Source: Polyangiales bacterium
GTDB lineage: Bacteria > Myxococcota_A > Polyangia > Polyangiales > Houyiibacteriaceae
Assembly (NCBI GenBank): GCA_045106895.1
Contig: JBGCFM010000150.1
Span: 1 to 37,542, forward strand
Direction: 5' to 3'
Length of the DNA stretch: 37,542 nucleotides
Of this stretch, positions 1-8,687 are shown in pieces. A program made the translations under genes and the position numbers. Under the pieces are notes generated by a model that saw nothing but the letters and a program-made list of their open reading frames with translations, ran no database searches and was not told the origin of the DNA. Positions within the stretch are counted from its first letter, which is position 1, and each line of letters starts with the position of its first letter.

Positions 1-1
1 G

Positions 2-433
2 GACACGGCCCTTGGTTTCGCGGGGGAGTTGCACCCGGATGTGGCTGACGCGCTGGAGTTTGGCGGACGTCGCGCGACCTATGCGGAGCTTTCGGTGGAG
101 GCACTAGACGCCGTCCGTGTTGCTCGAGGAACACCCCTCGCACCATCGATTCCTCGTTTCCCCTTCGTCAGCCGCGACGTCGCGCTCTTGCTCGATCAGG
201 AGCGACCCGCCGAACACGTGGCGGAGACGCTTCGAACCACGTCGGCTCTTATCGAGTCCGTCGAGCTCTTTGACGTCTTCGAAGGAGACACGCTCCCAGA
301 CGGGAAACGAAGCCTCGCCTTCCACATTCATTACCGTGATCCGGAAGGAACTCTCACGGACAAGAAGGTCGACAAGGAGCATTCAAAGCTCGTGAAAGCG
401 GCAGCGAAAGAGCTTCAGGCCGAACTCCGATAA
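2..433 (+). CDS. pheT: Phenylalanine--tRNA ligase beta subunit, C-terminal part (5' truncated by window)
   Basis: Ferredoxin-fold anticodon-binding domain motifs: FPFVSRDVALL, VELFDVFEG, GKRSLAFHIHYRDPEGTLTD, ending AELR. Confidence 0.95.
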   Translation, partial: DTALGFAGELHPDVADALEFGGRRATYAELSVEALDAVRVARGTPLAPSIPRFPFVSRDVALLLDQERPAEHVAETLRTTSALIESVELFDVFEGDTLPDGKRSLAFHIHYRDPEGTLTDKKVDKEHSKLVKAAAKELQAELR

Positions 434-449
434 ACGCCCCAAGTTTTCC

Positions 450-477
450 TTGCCAGGGGGGCGAAAAAATGTATCTT
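450..477 (+). promoter_or_regulatory. Putative sigma70-type promoter for tRNA-Pro
   Basis: TTGCCA-16 bp-TATCTT followed by a GC-rich discriminator-like stretch, about 70 bp upstream of the tRNA. Confidence 0.5.
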
Positions 478-550
478 TCGCGTCCCCCGACTCCCTTCAT
501 TCGTGAAGAGGGTCAGCCGGTTCGGCGAAAGTCGTTCTAGCAAAACAGGA

Positions 551-624
551 CGGAGCGTAGCGCAGCTTGGTAGCGCACTATACTGGGGGTGTAGGGGTCG
601 CTGGTTCGAATCCAGTCGCTCCGA
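551..624 (+). tRNA. tRNA-Pro(GGG), CCA not encoded
   Basis: CGGAGCG acceptor stem pairs with CGCTCCG; D-arm TAGCGCAGCTTGGTAGCGC; anticodon arm CTATA-CT-GGG-GG-TGTAG; T-loop GGTTCGAATCC; followed by CCG. Confidence 0.97.
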
Positions 625-630
625 CCGCAG

Positions 631-667
631 ACCCGGAATCCAGTTTTGGATTTCGGGTTTTTTATTT
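631..667 (+). terminator. Intrinsic terminator after tRNA-Pro
   Basis: ACCCGGAATCCA-GTTT-TGGATTTCGGGT hairpin followed by TTTTTATTT. Confidence 0.85.
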
Positions 668-713
668 AAGCCATCGTCATCACCAGCGAGTGGTGGCCGC
701 GGCAGATGGAGTA

Positions 714-1028
714 CTAGGACTCAGGCGTCTCGGGCGCGTCATCAACCGGTTCGGGGTTGAGAGCGCCACGTAGAACTTGGGAGTGCTTGAAGGTCAGCAC
801 ACGCCGCGCGCTGATTGGAATCGGAGAACCGGTTTGTGGGTTCCTGCCGATCCGTTCCTTCTTCTCCCGAACAACGAAGTTGCCGAAGCCGGAGATCTTG
901 ATCTTCTCGCCCTCAGCGAGAACATCTTTCATCGTGTCGAAAACCGCCTCCACAATTTCGGCGGCCTCCTTCTTGGAGATACCACTGACCTTGTCGTAGA
1001 CAGCATCGATGATCTCGGCCTTCGTCAT
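714..1028 (-). CDS. ihfA: Integration host factor alpha subunit
   Basis: MTKAEII...GEKIKISGFGNFVVREKKERIGRNPQTG..IPISARRVLTFKHSQVL; AGAGGGG RBS upstream. Confidence 0.92.
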   Translation of the reverse strand: MTKAEIIDAVYDKVSGISKKEAAEIVEAVFDTMKDVLAEGEKIKISGFGNFVVREKKERIGRNPQTGSPIPISARRVLTFKHSQVLRGALNPEPVDDAPETPES

Positions 1029-1201
1029 CGCCAGATTCCCCTCTTCTTCACGGCCCTATGGAACCATGATTCCGTGTCATTCTCAAGGGTTGCGCGGTTT
1101 CGCTTCGCCGGGGTGGTCCAGTTTGGCGTCCCCAAGGGCTACGTTTTGCGGGTCTTTGTCTGCCGATTAGCGAGCCTCGTCAGCGCCTGCTATCGCCCAG
1201 G

Positions 1202-1966
1202 GTGACCAAGCGACCGCTGATTCTTGTGAGCAACGATGACGGCTTCGACGCCGCGGGCTGCACTGCGCTGCGTACGGCTCTGGCTCGTTTCGCGGACGTT
1301 GTCACCGTCGCGCCCCGCTATGAGCAGAGCGCGAAGAGCCACGCGATTTCGCTCCACCACCCCTTGCGCCATGAGGTACACGAGCCGAACGTTCATTCCG
1401 TCGATGGCACCCCAGCCGACTGCGTCTACGTGGCGCTCTTCCGCAAAGACCTTCTTCCGCGGCGACCGGATCTCATCGCGAGCGGCATCAACCACGGGCC
1501 GAACCTCGGCAGCGACGTCCACTACTCAGGAACCGTCGCCGCAGCCCGCGAAGGCGCGCTTCGTGGTGTCCCCTCCATCGCCTTCAGTTCCCTCGCTCCG
1601 CGCCGAGAGTTCGACGCGAACGCAGAAGTCGCCGCCCGTATCTGCCAGCGCGTGCTTGAGCTCACCATGCCCACGGACCAGGTTCCGCTGCTCAACGTGA
1701 ACTTCCCGGAAGGACCCGTCGCCGGCGTAATCCCCACACGACTCGGCCCACGCCTCTACGCCGAAGGAGTTGAGGTTCGCGACGACCCACGCGGCCGCGA
1801 GTACTACTGGATTGGCGGCCCCGGCGCTCCAACGCACGGCGAACTCGGCGGAAGCGACACGGACGCCGTCGACCGTGGCTACGCCTCCATCACACCTATC
1901 TCCATCGACACCACCCGCGCGTCCCACATCGGCCTCGCCGAGTGGGCAAGCAGCCTAGAGAGCTAA
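1202..1966 (+). CDS. surE: 5'/3'-nucleotidase SurE
   Basis: [61 protein letters not shown]. Confidence 0.97.
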   Translation: MTKRPLILVSNDDGFDAAGCTALRTALARFADVVTVAPRYEQSAKSHAISLHHPLRHEVHEPNVHSVDGTPADCVYVALFRKDLLPRRPDLIASGINHGPNLGSDVHYSGTVAAAREGALRGVPSIAFSSLAPRREFDANAEVAARICQRVLELTMPTDQVPLLNVNFPEGPVAGVIPTRLGPRLYAEGVEVRDDPRGREYYWIGGPGAPTHGELGGSDTDAVDRGYASITPISIDTTRASHIGLAEWASSLES

Positions 1967-1970
1967 GTTT

Positions 1971-2486
1971 ATGACCGACCTCACCCCGTTTATCCGCGAC
2001 ATCCCGGACTTTCCGAAGCCTGGCATCCTGTTCAAAGACATCTCGCCGCTCCTCGCCGACGCGACGGCCTTCGGCGCGTGCATCGACGCCCTCGCCGAGC
2101 ACGCCCGAGAGCTCAAAGCGGAAGTCATCGTCGGCATGGAGTCCCGCGGTTTCATCTTCGGCACCCCACTGGCGCTGAAGCTCGGACTGCCCTTCGTGCC
2201 CGCTCGCAAGCCCGGCAAGCTCCCCGCCAAGTGCGTCAAAGTAGAGTACGAGCTCGAGTACGGCACGGACACCCTTGAGATGCACGAGGACGCCTTCTCG
2301 AAGGGAGCCCGCGTGCTCGTCGTCGACGACCTCATCGCAACCGGCGGCACCGCGGCAGCCACGGCCGGCCTCGTCGAACAAGTCGGCGGAGTCCTCGCAG
2401 GCTACGTCTTCGTCATCGAGCTTGGCTTCTTGGATGGCCGCAAAAAGCTCGGCGAGAGCCCGGTACGTTCGCTCATCAAGTACTGA
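1971..2486 (+). CDS. apt: Adenine phosphoribosyltransferase
   Basis: [44 protein letters not shown]-binding [11 protein letters not shown]. Confidence 0.98.
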   Translation: MTDLTPFIRDIPDFPKPGILFKDISPLLADATAFGACIDALAEHARELKAEVIVGMESRGFIFGTPLALKLGLPFVPARKPGKLPAKCVKVEYELEYGTDTLEMHEDAFSKGARVLVVDDLIATGGTAAATAGLVEQVGGVLAGYVFVIELGFLDGRKKLGESPVRSLIKY

Positions 2487-2530
2487 TCACCTGGCGAGAA
2501 AGGCACCGTATGTGCTAGCTCGTCACCCAC

Positions 2531-2607
2531 GCCCCCGTAGCTCAGCTGGATAGAGCAGACGCTTCCTAAGCGTAAGGTCGGACGTTCGAATCGTCCCGGG
2601 GGCGCCA
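2531..2607 (+). tRNA. tRNA-Arg(CCT)
   Basis: GCCCCCG acceptor stem pairs with CGGGGGC; TAGCTCAGCTGGATAGAGC D-arm; ACGC-TT-CCT-AA-GCGT anticodon arm; GTTCGAATC T-loop; encoded CCA. Confidence 0.96.
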
Positions 2608-2626
2608 CCACTTTGGTACCTGCTTT

Positions 2627-3277
2627 CTAACGCCGATACGCGATCCAGTTCGAGAGCTGCGCGGCAACGGCCGTCACCGTTCTTTCGTTTGCGCTCCAGC
2701 TCGTGGCGAACGAATGGCCGGAGACGTGCACTAAGAAAAGCATGGGTTCGCCGTCTTGGCCGACGACGAACCCAACGTCCGTGAGTTCAGCACGCGGGAT
2801 GAGGACATCCGTACGCCGAAACGCCCAGACGTGACCTCGTTGAGGGGTCCAGGTTCTCACGCGTAGGTGAGAGCCGTCTCCTTCGACGAACGCGGGGACC
2901 GCCACCTGCAAGAGCAGCGTGACGAGTGTCATGAAGCAGGCGAAGGCGACAAGGCCGCCCACGACGACACCGACGAGAGCCATGAGCCAGGCGAGGACGG
3001 AGGTCGGTTCGTGCGCCAAGGAGTACGCGCCTCCGAGTGCGCCACCAACGCCGAAGACGAGAAGGGCGCTCAGGAGTATCAACGAGACCACCCTGATTCG
3101 TGGGCTCAAGCTTAGACGCAATGAGAGGATGGACTCGGTCGCGCGGGAAACCGCGAACTGTTCAACGTGTCTTCTGAACAGCCACCAGAGCCCGCAGCGA
3201 GGGCACGTGCTTCGGACCTGAACTCCGCACAAAGGACATTGCTTGGGAGGAGCCAGGAGCGATATGCGTTTCTTCAT
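2627..3277 (-). CDS. Hypothetical membrane protein (N-terminal CxxC..CxxC, two TM helices)
   Basis: 216-aa ORF with CPLC..CPRC and two long hydrophobic segments; no family recognised. Confidence 0.6.
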   Translation of the reverse strand: MKKRISLLAPPKQCPLCGVQVRSTCPRCGLWWLFRRHVEQFAVSRATESILSLRLSLSPRIRVVSLILLSALLVFGVGGALGGAYSLAHEPTSVLAWLMALVGVVVGGLVAFACFMTLVTLLLQVAVPAFVEGDGSHLRVRTWTPQRGHVWAFRRTDVLIPRAELTDVGFVVGQDGEPMLFLVHVSGHSFATSWSANERTVTAVAAQLSNWIAYRR

Positions 3278-3457
3278 GACTCGAACGTCAGCAATCTATG
3301 TGCCGGAGACAATCGACGTTGTTTCGAGCATCGCCTGGCGGCCAGACGGACACGCTGACGCCTCGGAGCACGAGGAGCCGACACCGTGTCATTCCGTCGA
3401 CGCTGGGACTTCACGTTCCTCTACGCCAAATTTGCCCGAACTCCAGAATGTCGCGAG

Positions 3458-3873
3458 TCAGCGCCAGATACCGAGCACCAGCGAGATCACCAGGATCATC
3501 GCCGCCTGGCTTCCGTAGGCGATGGCGGCAACACGCCAGCGTTTCAGAAACGCTTGGCCCGGCAGGCCCGTAGAAACGCTGAAGCCGAGGATGACGAAAA
3601 GCGCCGTGGCCAGTGCGCCACCCACGGAGTTGACGCCGCATAGCTGCTGAAACACAGCCAAAGACAGCACCAGCACCACGGTACACAGGAGCTGAACGGC
3701 GCAGGTGTAGGGAGGAACCGCCTTCGCGTGTGCTCCTTCTTGTTCTTCGCCCCGTACTCTTTCGCCCAGGGCTCGCCGAAGAGCACCACGAACCAGACCG
3801 TCGAGACCACCTACGCCGCCACCACACTCACCAACACGGCCATCCAATTGAGCGCTGAAAAATCGATATTCAT
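3458..3873 (-). pseudogene. DUF1761-like membrane protein pseudogene (in-frame stop plus frameshift)
   Basis: From ATG at 3873: MNIDFSALNWMAVLVSVVAA*VVSTVWFVVLFGEPWAKEYG (TAG at 3813-3811), then a frame change near 3730 into AKAVPPYT...LVISLVLGIWR; NWxAV..W...LFG..W resembles the DUF1761 N-terminus. Confidence 0.75.
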
Positions 3874-3879
3874 CTATGC

Positions 3880-4119
3880 CTTCGGGCCAATAGCCTTGCG
3901 ACGGCGCGTCTTGCAGCACTCGACGGAATGGGCATCGCGCCGCTGTTGAAAATGACGTGCCAAGAAGACCTCGACCGGGGCGCGTTGGTGGAAGTTCTAC
4001 ACGGGGCCCTGCCCATGTCCGCGAAGGGCTGGTTCGTGTACCCCATCGCCCGAGAACGCTCCGCGGCGGCTCAGGCCCTCATCGACCATCTCATCGCGAT
4101 GAGCCCCGAGCCCACGTAA
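3880..4119 (+). pseudogene. LysR-type regulator, C-terminal remnant only
   Basis: In-frame LRANSLATARLAALDGMGIAPLL..CQEDLDRGALVEVL..WFVYP..R.RSAAAQALIDHL matches the end of the LysR substrate-binding domain; no HTH and no room for one upstream. Confidence 0.75.
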
Positions 4120-4126
4120 GCTCGTC

Positions 4127-4759
4127 TCAGGTGTCCTCGTAGAGCTTCTTCCGGTACGCATCGCCGTAGTAGGCCTCGAGGTCCTCGAGGCGTTCATCGG
4201 TGCGTTCTAGCGCCTTGGAGATCTTGGCGCGCGACGGCATCACGTCCGGGGTCCAAGTGCTCGCATCCCAGAAGTCGGAGCGCAGGAACGCCTTGGAGCA
4301 GTGGAAGAACGTCGATTCGACGTGGACGATCAGCGCGAGGGCGGGTCGACGTCCGCGAATCGCGAGCTGGTCAAAGAAGGGCGCGTCTTGCACCAGGCGC
4401 GCGGAGCCGCTGACGCGGAGCGTGTCGCCTCGGCCCGGGAGCAAGAAGATGAGTCCCGCTCGTGGGTTCTCCAGGATGTTGTGAAATCCATCGGCGCGAC
4501 GGTTCCCAGGACGCTCCGGGAGGACGATGGTTTTGTCGTCCAAGACCAGGACTGAGCCCGACGGGTCCCCTTTGGGGGAGATGTCCACGTGCCCCGCGGC
4601 GCTCACCGTTGAGATGAAGTAGAGCGGCGATGCGTCGATCCACTCCTTGTGGATGGGGCCGAGGGCTTGCTTCGCCTTGCCCGCCACGCGAGGCGCGACT
4701 TCGCCCAAGATCTTGCGGAGCTCTTCAGCGGTGTCGACACCTACGATTTCGTCGCCCAT
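4127..4759 (-). CDS. Pyridoxamine 5'-phosphate oxidase-like FMN-binding protein (MSMEG_1061-type)
   Basis: DISPKGDP, LPERPGNRRADGFHNILENP, LIFLLPG.GDTLRVSG, FFHCSKAFLRS..W. Confidence 0.85.
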   Translation of the reverse strand: MGDEIVGVDTAEELRKILGEVAPRVAGKAKQALGPIHKEWIDASPLYFISTVSAAGHVDISPKGDPSGSVLVLDDKTIVLPERPGNRRADGFHNILENPRAGLIFLLPGRGDTLRVSGSARLVQDAPFFDQLAIRGRRPALALIVHVESTFFHCSKAFLRSDFWDASTWTPDVMPSRAKISKALERTDERLEDLEAYYGDAYRKKLYEDT

Positions 4760-4812
4760 CACTGACGCTAGCACGCCTTGGTCGCGCTGAGTCCGGAGGG
4801 TATCGTGCGCGC

Positions 4813-5895
4813 ATGCAGCGCCTCGAAGCCTTCCTCGAACACCTCGAAAACCCGTACCTCCTCGCCGTCGCGATCATCGCCGCCGGTTTCGTCGTGGCGT
4901 GGCTCGTCGCGTTTGTCACCACGCGGGTGCTCGGCTCCCTCGTGGCAAAAACTGACACAGACGCTGACGACAAGGCCCTCGAAGCGCTCCGGCGTCCGCT
5001 TATCATGAGCGTGGTGCTCTTCTCGATTCACTTCGCCGTGCACCGTTTGCCGCTCCTCGCGCTGACGATTCACCACATCACCTCCGCGCTGCAGACCGTC
5101 GCGATTCTGGTGTGGGCGCAGGCGATCCTAAAGGTCGCGAAGATTCTACTTCAGGTCTTGAGCTCACGCGCTCAAACGAAGGACCTGATTCAGGCGCGCA
5201 CGCTCCCCGTATTCGACATCTTCGGCAAAGTCGTCGTTTGGAGCCTCGCCGTCTACTTCGTCTTCCTTGCATGGAGCATCGACCTGACGGCCTGGCTCGC
5301 GTCCGCTGGCATCCTGGGTATTGCGGTAGGTTTCGCGGCGAAAGACACGCTCGCGAATCTGTTCAGCGGCCTCTTCATCGTGGCCGATGCGCCGTATCAG
5401 GTCGGTCACGTCATCGTGCTCGAGAACGACCTTCGCGGCCGCGTGCTGTCCATCGGCCTTCGCTCCACGCGCATGCTCACGGTGGACGGCGTCGAGATCA
5501 CCGTTCCCAACGGCATCATTGGCAACGGCATGATCATCAACGAGACGGGCGGTCCATCCATCGCGCAGCGTATTAGCGTGAGCGTCGACGCTGCCTATGG
5601 CGCGGACATCGATGCGGTCCACAAAACCCTCGCCGCCGTGGGTGCAAAGACGAAGAACACGCTGAAGTCACCCGCGCCGCAGGTTCGTTTTCGGGAGTTT
5701 GGTGCGTCTGGCCTCACGCACACGCTTCACGTGTGGATCCAAGACCCGCGACTCCGCGAGGACGTCACCCACGACCTCCACACGATGATCTACAAAGAGT
5801 TCGAAAAAGCCGGGCTCGAAATCCCGTACAGCAAACACGACGTCTACATCAAAGAGCTCCCCGCCGGCGAGACGCCTATGCGGAAGGTGAGCTAG
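4813..5895 (+). CDS. Small-conductance mechanosensitive channel (MscS family)
   Basis: Multiple TM helices, then AGILGIAVGFAAKDTLANLFSG, GRVLSIGLRST, ITVPNG, AYGAD, FGASGL, GLEIPY; start placed at MQRLE. Confidence 0.93.
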   Translation: MQRLEAFLEHLENPYLLAVAIIAAGFVVAWLVAFVTTRVLGSLVAKTDTDADDKALEALRRPLIMSVVLFSIHFAVHRLPLLALTIHHITSALQTVAILVWAQAILKVAKILLQVLSSRAQTKDLIQARTLPVFDIFGKVVVWSLAVYFVFLAWSIDLTAWLASAGILGIAVGFAAKDTLANLFSGLFIVADAPYQVGHVIVLENDLRGRVLSIGLRSTRMLTVDGVEITVPNGIIGNGMIINETGGPSIAQRISVSVDAAYGADIDAVHKTLAAVGAKTKNTLKSPAPQVRFREFGASGLTHTLHVWIQDPRLREDVTHDLHTMIYKEFEKAGLEIPYSKHDVYIKELPAGETPMRKVS

Positions 5896-5919
5896 CGTAC
5901 GTAGGAGGGCAGGAGACGT

Positions 5920-6564
5920 CTAGAGTCCGTTCTCCTCATCCGTTTCGTCGTCATCGTCCTCTTCGGCAGCGAAGATGGAGTCGATGGGCGTGCTTTGAAT
6001 CGCGTACTCGACCTCGCAAGGGAGGTCGAAGAAGGGCCCGCCGACGACGGCGAGACTCGCGCTACAATCCGTGCCGGGCGAAGGGTACCAGCGCGTGACG
6101 GACGTTCCGCGGTAGCGAACACCCTCGTCTTCGCTGGTGTCCTCGTCGATGTCTTCGTCCTCGTCAGCTTCGACAGGAGCGAAACGCAGCGTCTCCACCT
6201 GTTCAAAGGAACACGGCCCACGTCCCGTGAGTGGATCGAACTCATAGACGTTGACCGTCGTGGTGAAGTTGAGTCGCCAGCTGTCATCCGACTCAACGCT
6301 ACCGAGCATCAACGGCGATCCAGGCCGCCTCCATATGGCCATCGCGCCATCCTGGCGGAGCTGCACTCGCATCTCGATTTGGTTGTCCGCCGGAACCGCG
6401 CTCGGTCCACAGGTGTTCTCGCTTAGCGTGCCCTCCCACAGGTGGGAGCCCATGCTCTCGCCGGGAACGCTTTCGTCCGTGGGTATGCAGCCCCAGGAGG
6501 CGAGGCTGTGAAGGAGAACGAGGCCGCCCGCGAGGGGTCCGAGGATGGCTGGGTGCAGGCGCAT
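5920..6564 (-). CDS. Hypothetical lipoprotein
   Basis: Hydrophobic signal ending SWGC (lipobox-like); several Cys and acidic stretches; co-oriented 46 bp downstream of the OmpA-family gene. Confidence 0.7.
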   Translation of the reverse strand: MRLHPAILGPLAGGLVLLHSLASWGCIPTDESVPGESMGSHLWEGTLSENTCGPSAVPADNQIEMRVQLRQDGAMAIWRRPGSPLMLGSVESDDSWRLNFTTTVNVYEFDPLTGRGPCSFEQVETLRFAPVEADEDEDIDEDTSEDEGVRYRGTSVTRWYPSPGTDCSASLAVVGGPFFDLPCEVEYAIQSTPIDSIFAAEEDDDDETDEENGL

Positions 6565-6610
6565 GCCTCAGGTTGGGCGTGGCGGGCGCCTTCGGTCAAA
6601 AAAGCCGCAG

Positions 6611-8575
6611 CTACTCCGCGGCGGCGGGAGCGTCCGGGGCCGGCTCCGGAGTCGATTCCGGTCCGCCATCGATGTGGAACTCAACTCGGCGGTTCGCCGC
6701 ACGTCCCTCTTCGCTGCTGTTGCTCTCGAGAGGCCGGGTGGAACCAAGGCCCTCCGGCTGGAGCCGCGCCTGGTCGATGCCGCGCTCGACGAGCTCCCGG
6801 ACCACGGCCTCCGCGCGCTGCTGGGAGAGGCGAAGGTTCGTCGCGTCGGCTCCCTGGTTGTCGGTGTGCCCTTCCACGCGGACGTGTGTGAACTGAGGGT
6901 TCGCGTGGAGGAGGGTGGCCACCGCGTTGAGAATATTCTGCGAGCGCTCACCGCGAATGCGTGCACGTGCGTTCGCGAAGACAATCTGCCGCAGGAGCAT
7001 GACGCGGTTTCCGTCGCGACGAATCAGTGGGTCGCCGTCGGGACAACCGTCGTCGTCACGGACGCCGTTGAGCGTCTCCGCTTCCGTCGGGCAGCGGTCC
7101 TGGGTGTCCGTGATGCCGTCGCCGTCGGTGTCTTCTTCGGGGCAACCATCCGTGTCTTCAATCCCGTTCGCCGTCTCTGCTTGGTCCGGGCATTCGTCCA
7201 TGTCGTCGTCGATGCCGTCGCCATCGAAGTCCGCTTCGGGGCAGCCGTCGTCATCGCCGAAGCCGTCGGCGTCTTCGGGCTCACCAGGACAGCGGTCGTC
7301 GACGTCGTCGATTCCGTCGCGGTCCGTGTCGTTGTCCGGGCAGCCATCTTCGTCTCGGTCGCCGTCCATGTCTTCGGCGTCGTTCGGGCACGTATCGAAT
7401 CCGTCGCGGACGCCGTCGCCGTCGTTGTCCGTGTCGGGACAGCCGTCTTCATCTTCAAAGCCGTCAGCGTCTTCGGCTTCGATGGGGCATGGGTCGTCGC
7501 CATCGAGGATTCCGTCGCGGTCGTTGTCCGCCTCAGGACAGCCATCGCTGTCTTCCCAGTCGTCGCGGTCTTCGGCTTCCGTGGGGCACGCGTCGTCTTC
7601 ATCGAGGACGCCGTCACCGTCTCGGTCACCGCTATTCGGGGCGTAGGCGAAACCGCCAATGGCGCGGAAGCCAGGAACGCCGACGCCGGAAATCAGCCCC
7701 GCGCCGCCGGCGAGGGTGAAGGTGAAGTCTCCTGTGCGCAGGCGCGCTGCCAGCCGTGCTTCGAGGGCGTGCTCGTCGAGCTCCGAAGAAAGGCCCGCGG
7801 CGCCATCGATCTCGGCGAAGAGCATGACGAGGGGCGTGACCTCGTAACCGACGGCCGCTCGATACGTGAGCTGCGAGCCAATTTGCGTGGAGAGAAAGGT
7901 ACGTGTCGGCCGGTAGAATCCGCCGAGGTTGACGCTGAGGTGGAAGCCGTTCTGAACGAACTGGGCGATGAGGTGACCGCCAACGCGGAGGCTCTCATCA
8001 CCGAGGAACCCGTCTCCCATTTGTTGAGCGACGGGGGCTGTTCCGAAAATCGTCGCGCCGAGGAAGAAGCCTTCGCCCTCGCCGTAGAGGCGCGCCTTGA
8101 GGCTGAGCATGGGGTCGCCCATGGCGAACTGCGTGCCGCCGGGAACCTGGACCGCTTCTCCTTGGATGAAGCGATCGAAGCCGTCACCGTTGCTGAGGAG
8201 GAGGGGAATGTTGAGCCCGACCTGGAAACGGTTCGCGAATACAAAGGACGCGTAGAGGTTGGCCTGCGCGATGTAGGAGACAAGCTCGGTGTTGACGTCG
8301 GACACCGAGCAGTTGGTCTCCGTCGCGTCGGTGCACTCGGCGTTGTAGAGGACGAAGGTTCGGCTCGCGTAGTCGAGGGTCAGGCCCGCTCCAAAGGCGT
8401 TGTTGCCGACGACGTTGGCGCCTTCGACTTGAAGGTAGTTCGACGGACCGGGGGCGGGGGCGAAGGTCTGCGTGTTGAATCGGTCCGCGGGCACCTGCGC
8501 TTCGGTGACGCTCGTGACTCCACAAAGGGAGAGAACCGCGAGAAGCGCGGCGGACCATCGGCAAAATTGACGCAT
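6611..8575 (-). CDS. OmpA-family protein: signal peptide, beta-barrel-like region, TSP type-3 repeats, OmpA peptidoglycan-binding domain (TraB-like architecture)
   Basis: Amphipathic strand region; repeated DxDxDGxxDxxDxCP and EDxDGxxDxDGCP units; C-terminal RVEGHTD..NLRLSQQRAEAV..G.G.TRP..RAANRRVEF; start placed at MRQFC. Confidence 0.92.
   Translation of the reverse strand: MRQFCRWSAALLAVLSLCGVTSVTEAQVPADRFNTQTFAPAPGPSNYLQVEGANVVGNNAFGAGLTLDYASRTFVLYNAECTDATETNCSVSDVNTELVSYIAQANLYASFVFANRFQVGLNIPLLLSNGDGFDRFIQGEAVQVPGGTQFAMGDPMLSLKARLYGEGEGFFLGATIFGTAPVAQQMGDGFLGDESLRVGGHLIAQFVQNGFHLSVNLGGFYRPTRTFLSTQIGSQLTYRAAVGYEVTPLVMLFAEIDGAAGLSSELDEHALEARLAARLRTGDFTFTLAGGAGLISGVGVPGFRAIGGFAYAPNSGDRDGDGVLDEDDACPTEAEDRDDWEDSDGCPEADNDRDGILDGDDPCPIEAEDADGFEDEDGCPDTDNDGDGVRDGFDTCPNDAEDMDGDRDEDGCPDNDTDRDGIDDVDDRCPGEPEDADGFGDDDGCPEADFDGDGIDDDMDECPDQAETANGIEDTDGCPEEDTDGDGITDTQDRCPTEAETLNGVRDDDGCPDGDPLIRRDGNRVMLLRQIVFANARARIRGERSQNILNAVATLLHANPQFTHVRVEGHTDNQGADATNLRLSQQRAEAVVRELVERGIDQARLQPEGLGSTRPLESNSSEEGRAANRRVEFHIDGGPESTPEPAPDAPAAAE
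7025..7630 (-). repeat. Thrombospondin type-3 Ca-binding repeats within the OmpA-family gene
   Basis: About six paired D.DGDG..D..D.CP / ED.DG..D.DGCP units. Confidence 0.85.
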
Positions 8576-8687
8576 AAGACGCCTAAAGCATCGCACCCCA
8601 GCGCTGGGAGATTCAACGTAAACCTCCGATGAGAGCGGAAAAAGCGCCAAATCGCCGCCCAACCATCGTCAGCGGCTGCCGAATTCG

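Noticed and set aside
489..534. Hammerhead ribozyme (stem followed by GAAA)
   Set aside because: The CUGAnGA core is absent.
2601..2610. Encoded CCACCA end and G-A mismatch at the top of the tRNA-Arg anticodon stem as signs of a pseudo-tRNA or att site
   Set aside because: The rest of the cloverleaf is canonical and no second copy of the tRNA 3' end was seen in the window.
3811..3813. In-frame TAG as pyrrolysine or readthrough recoding
   Set aside because: The same gene also has a frameshift and has lost its upstream region; TAG serves as a normal stop elsewhere in the window.
6545..8632. 695-aa plus-strand ORF
   Set aside because: Antisense shadow of the OmpA/TSP3 gene; the Val/Ala-rich text mirrors the Asp repeats, and stop-poor antisense frames are expected in GC-rich DNA.
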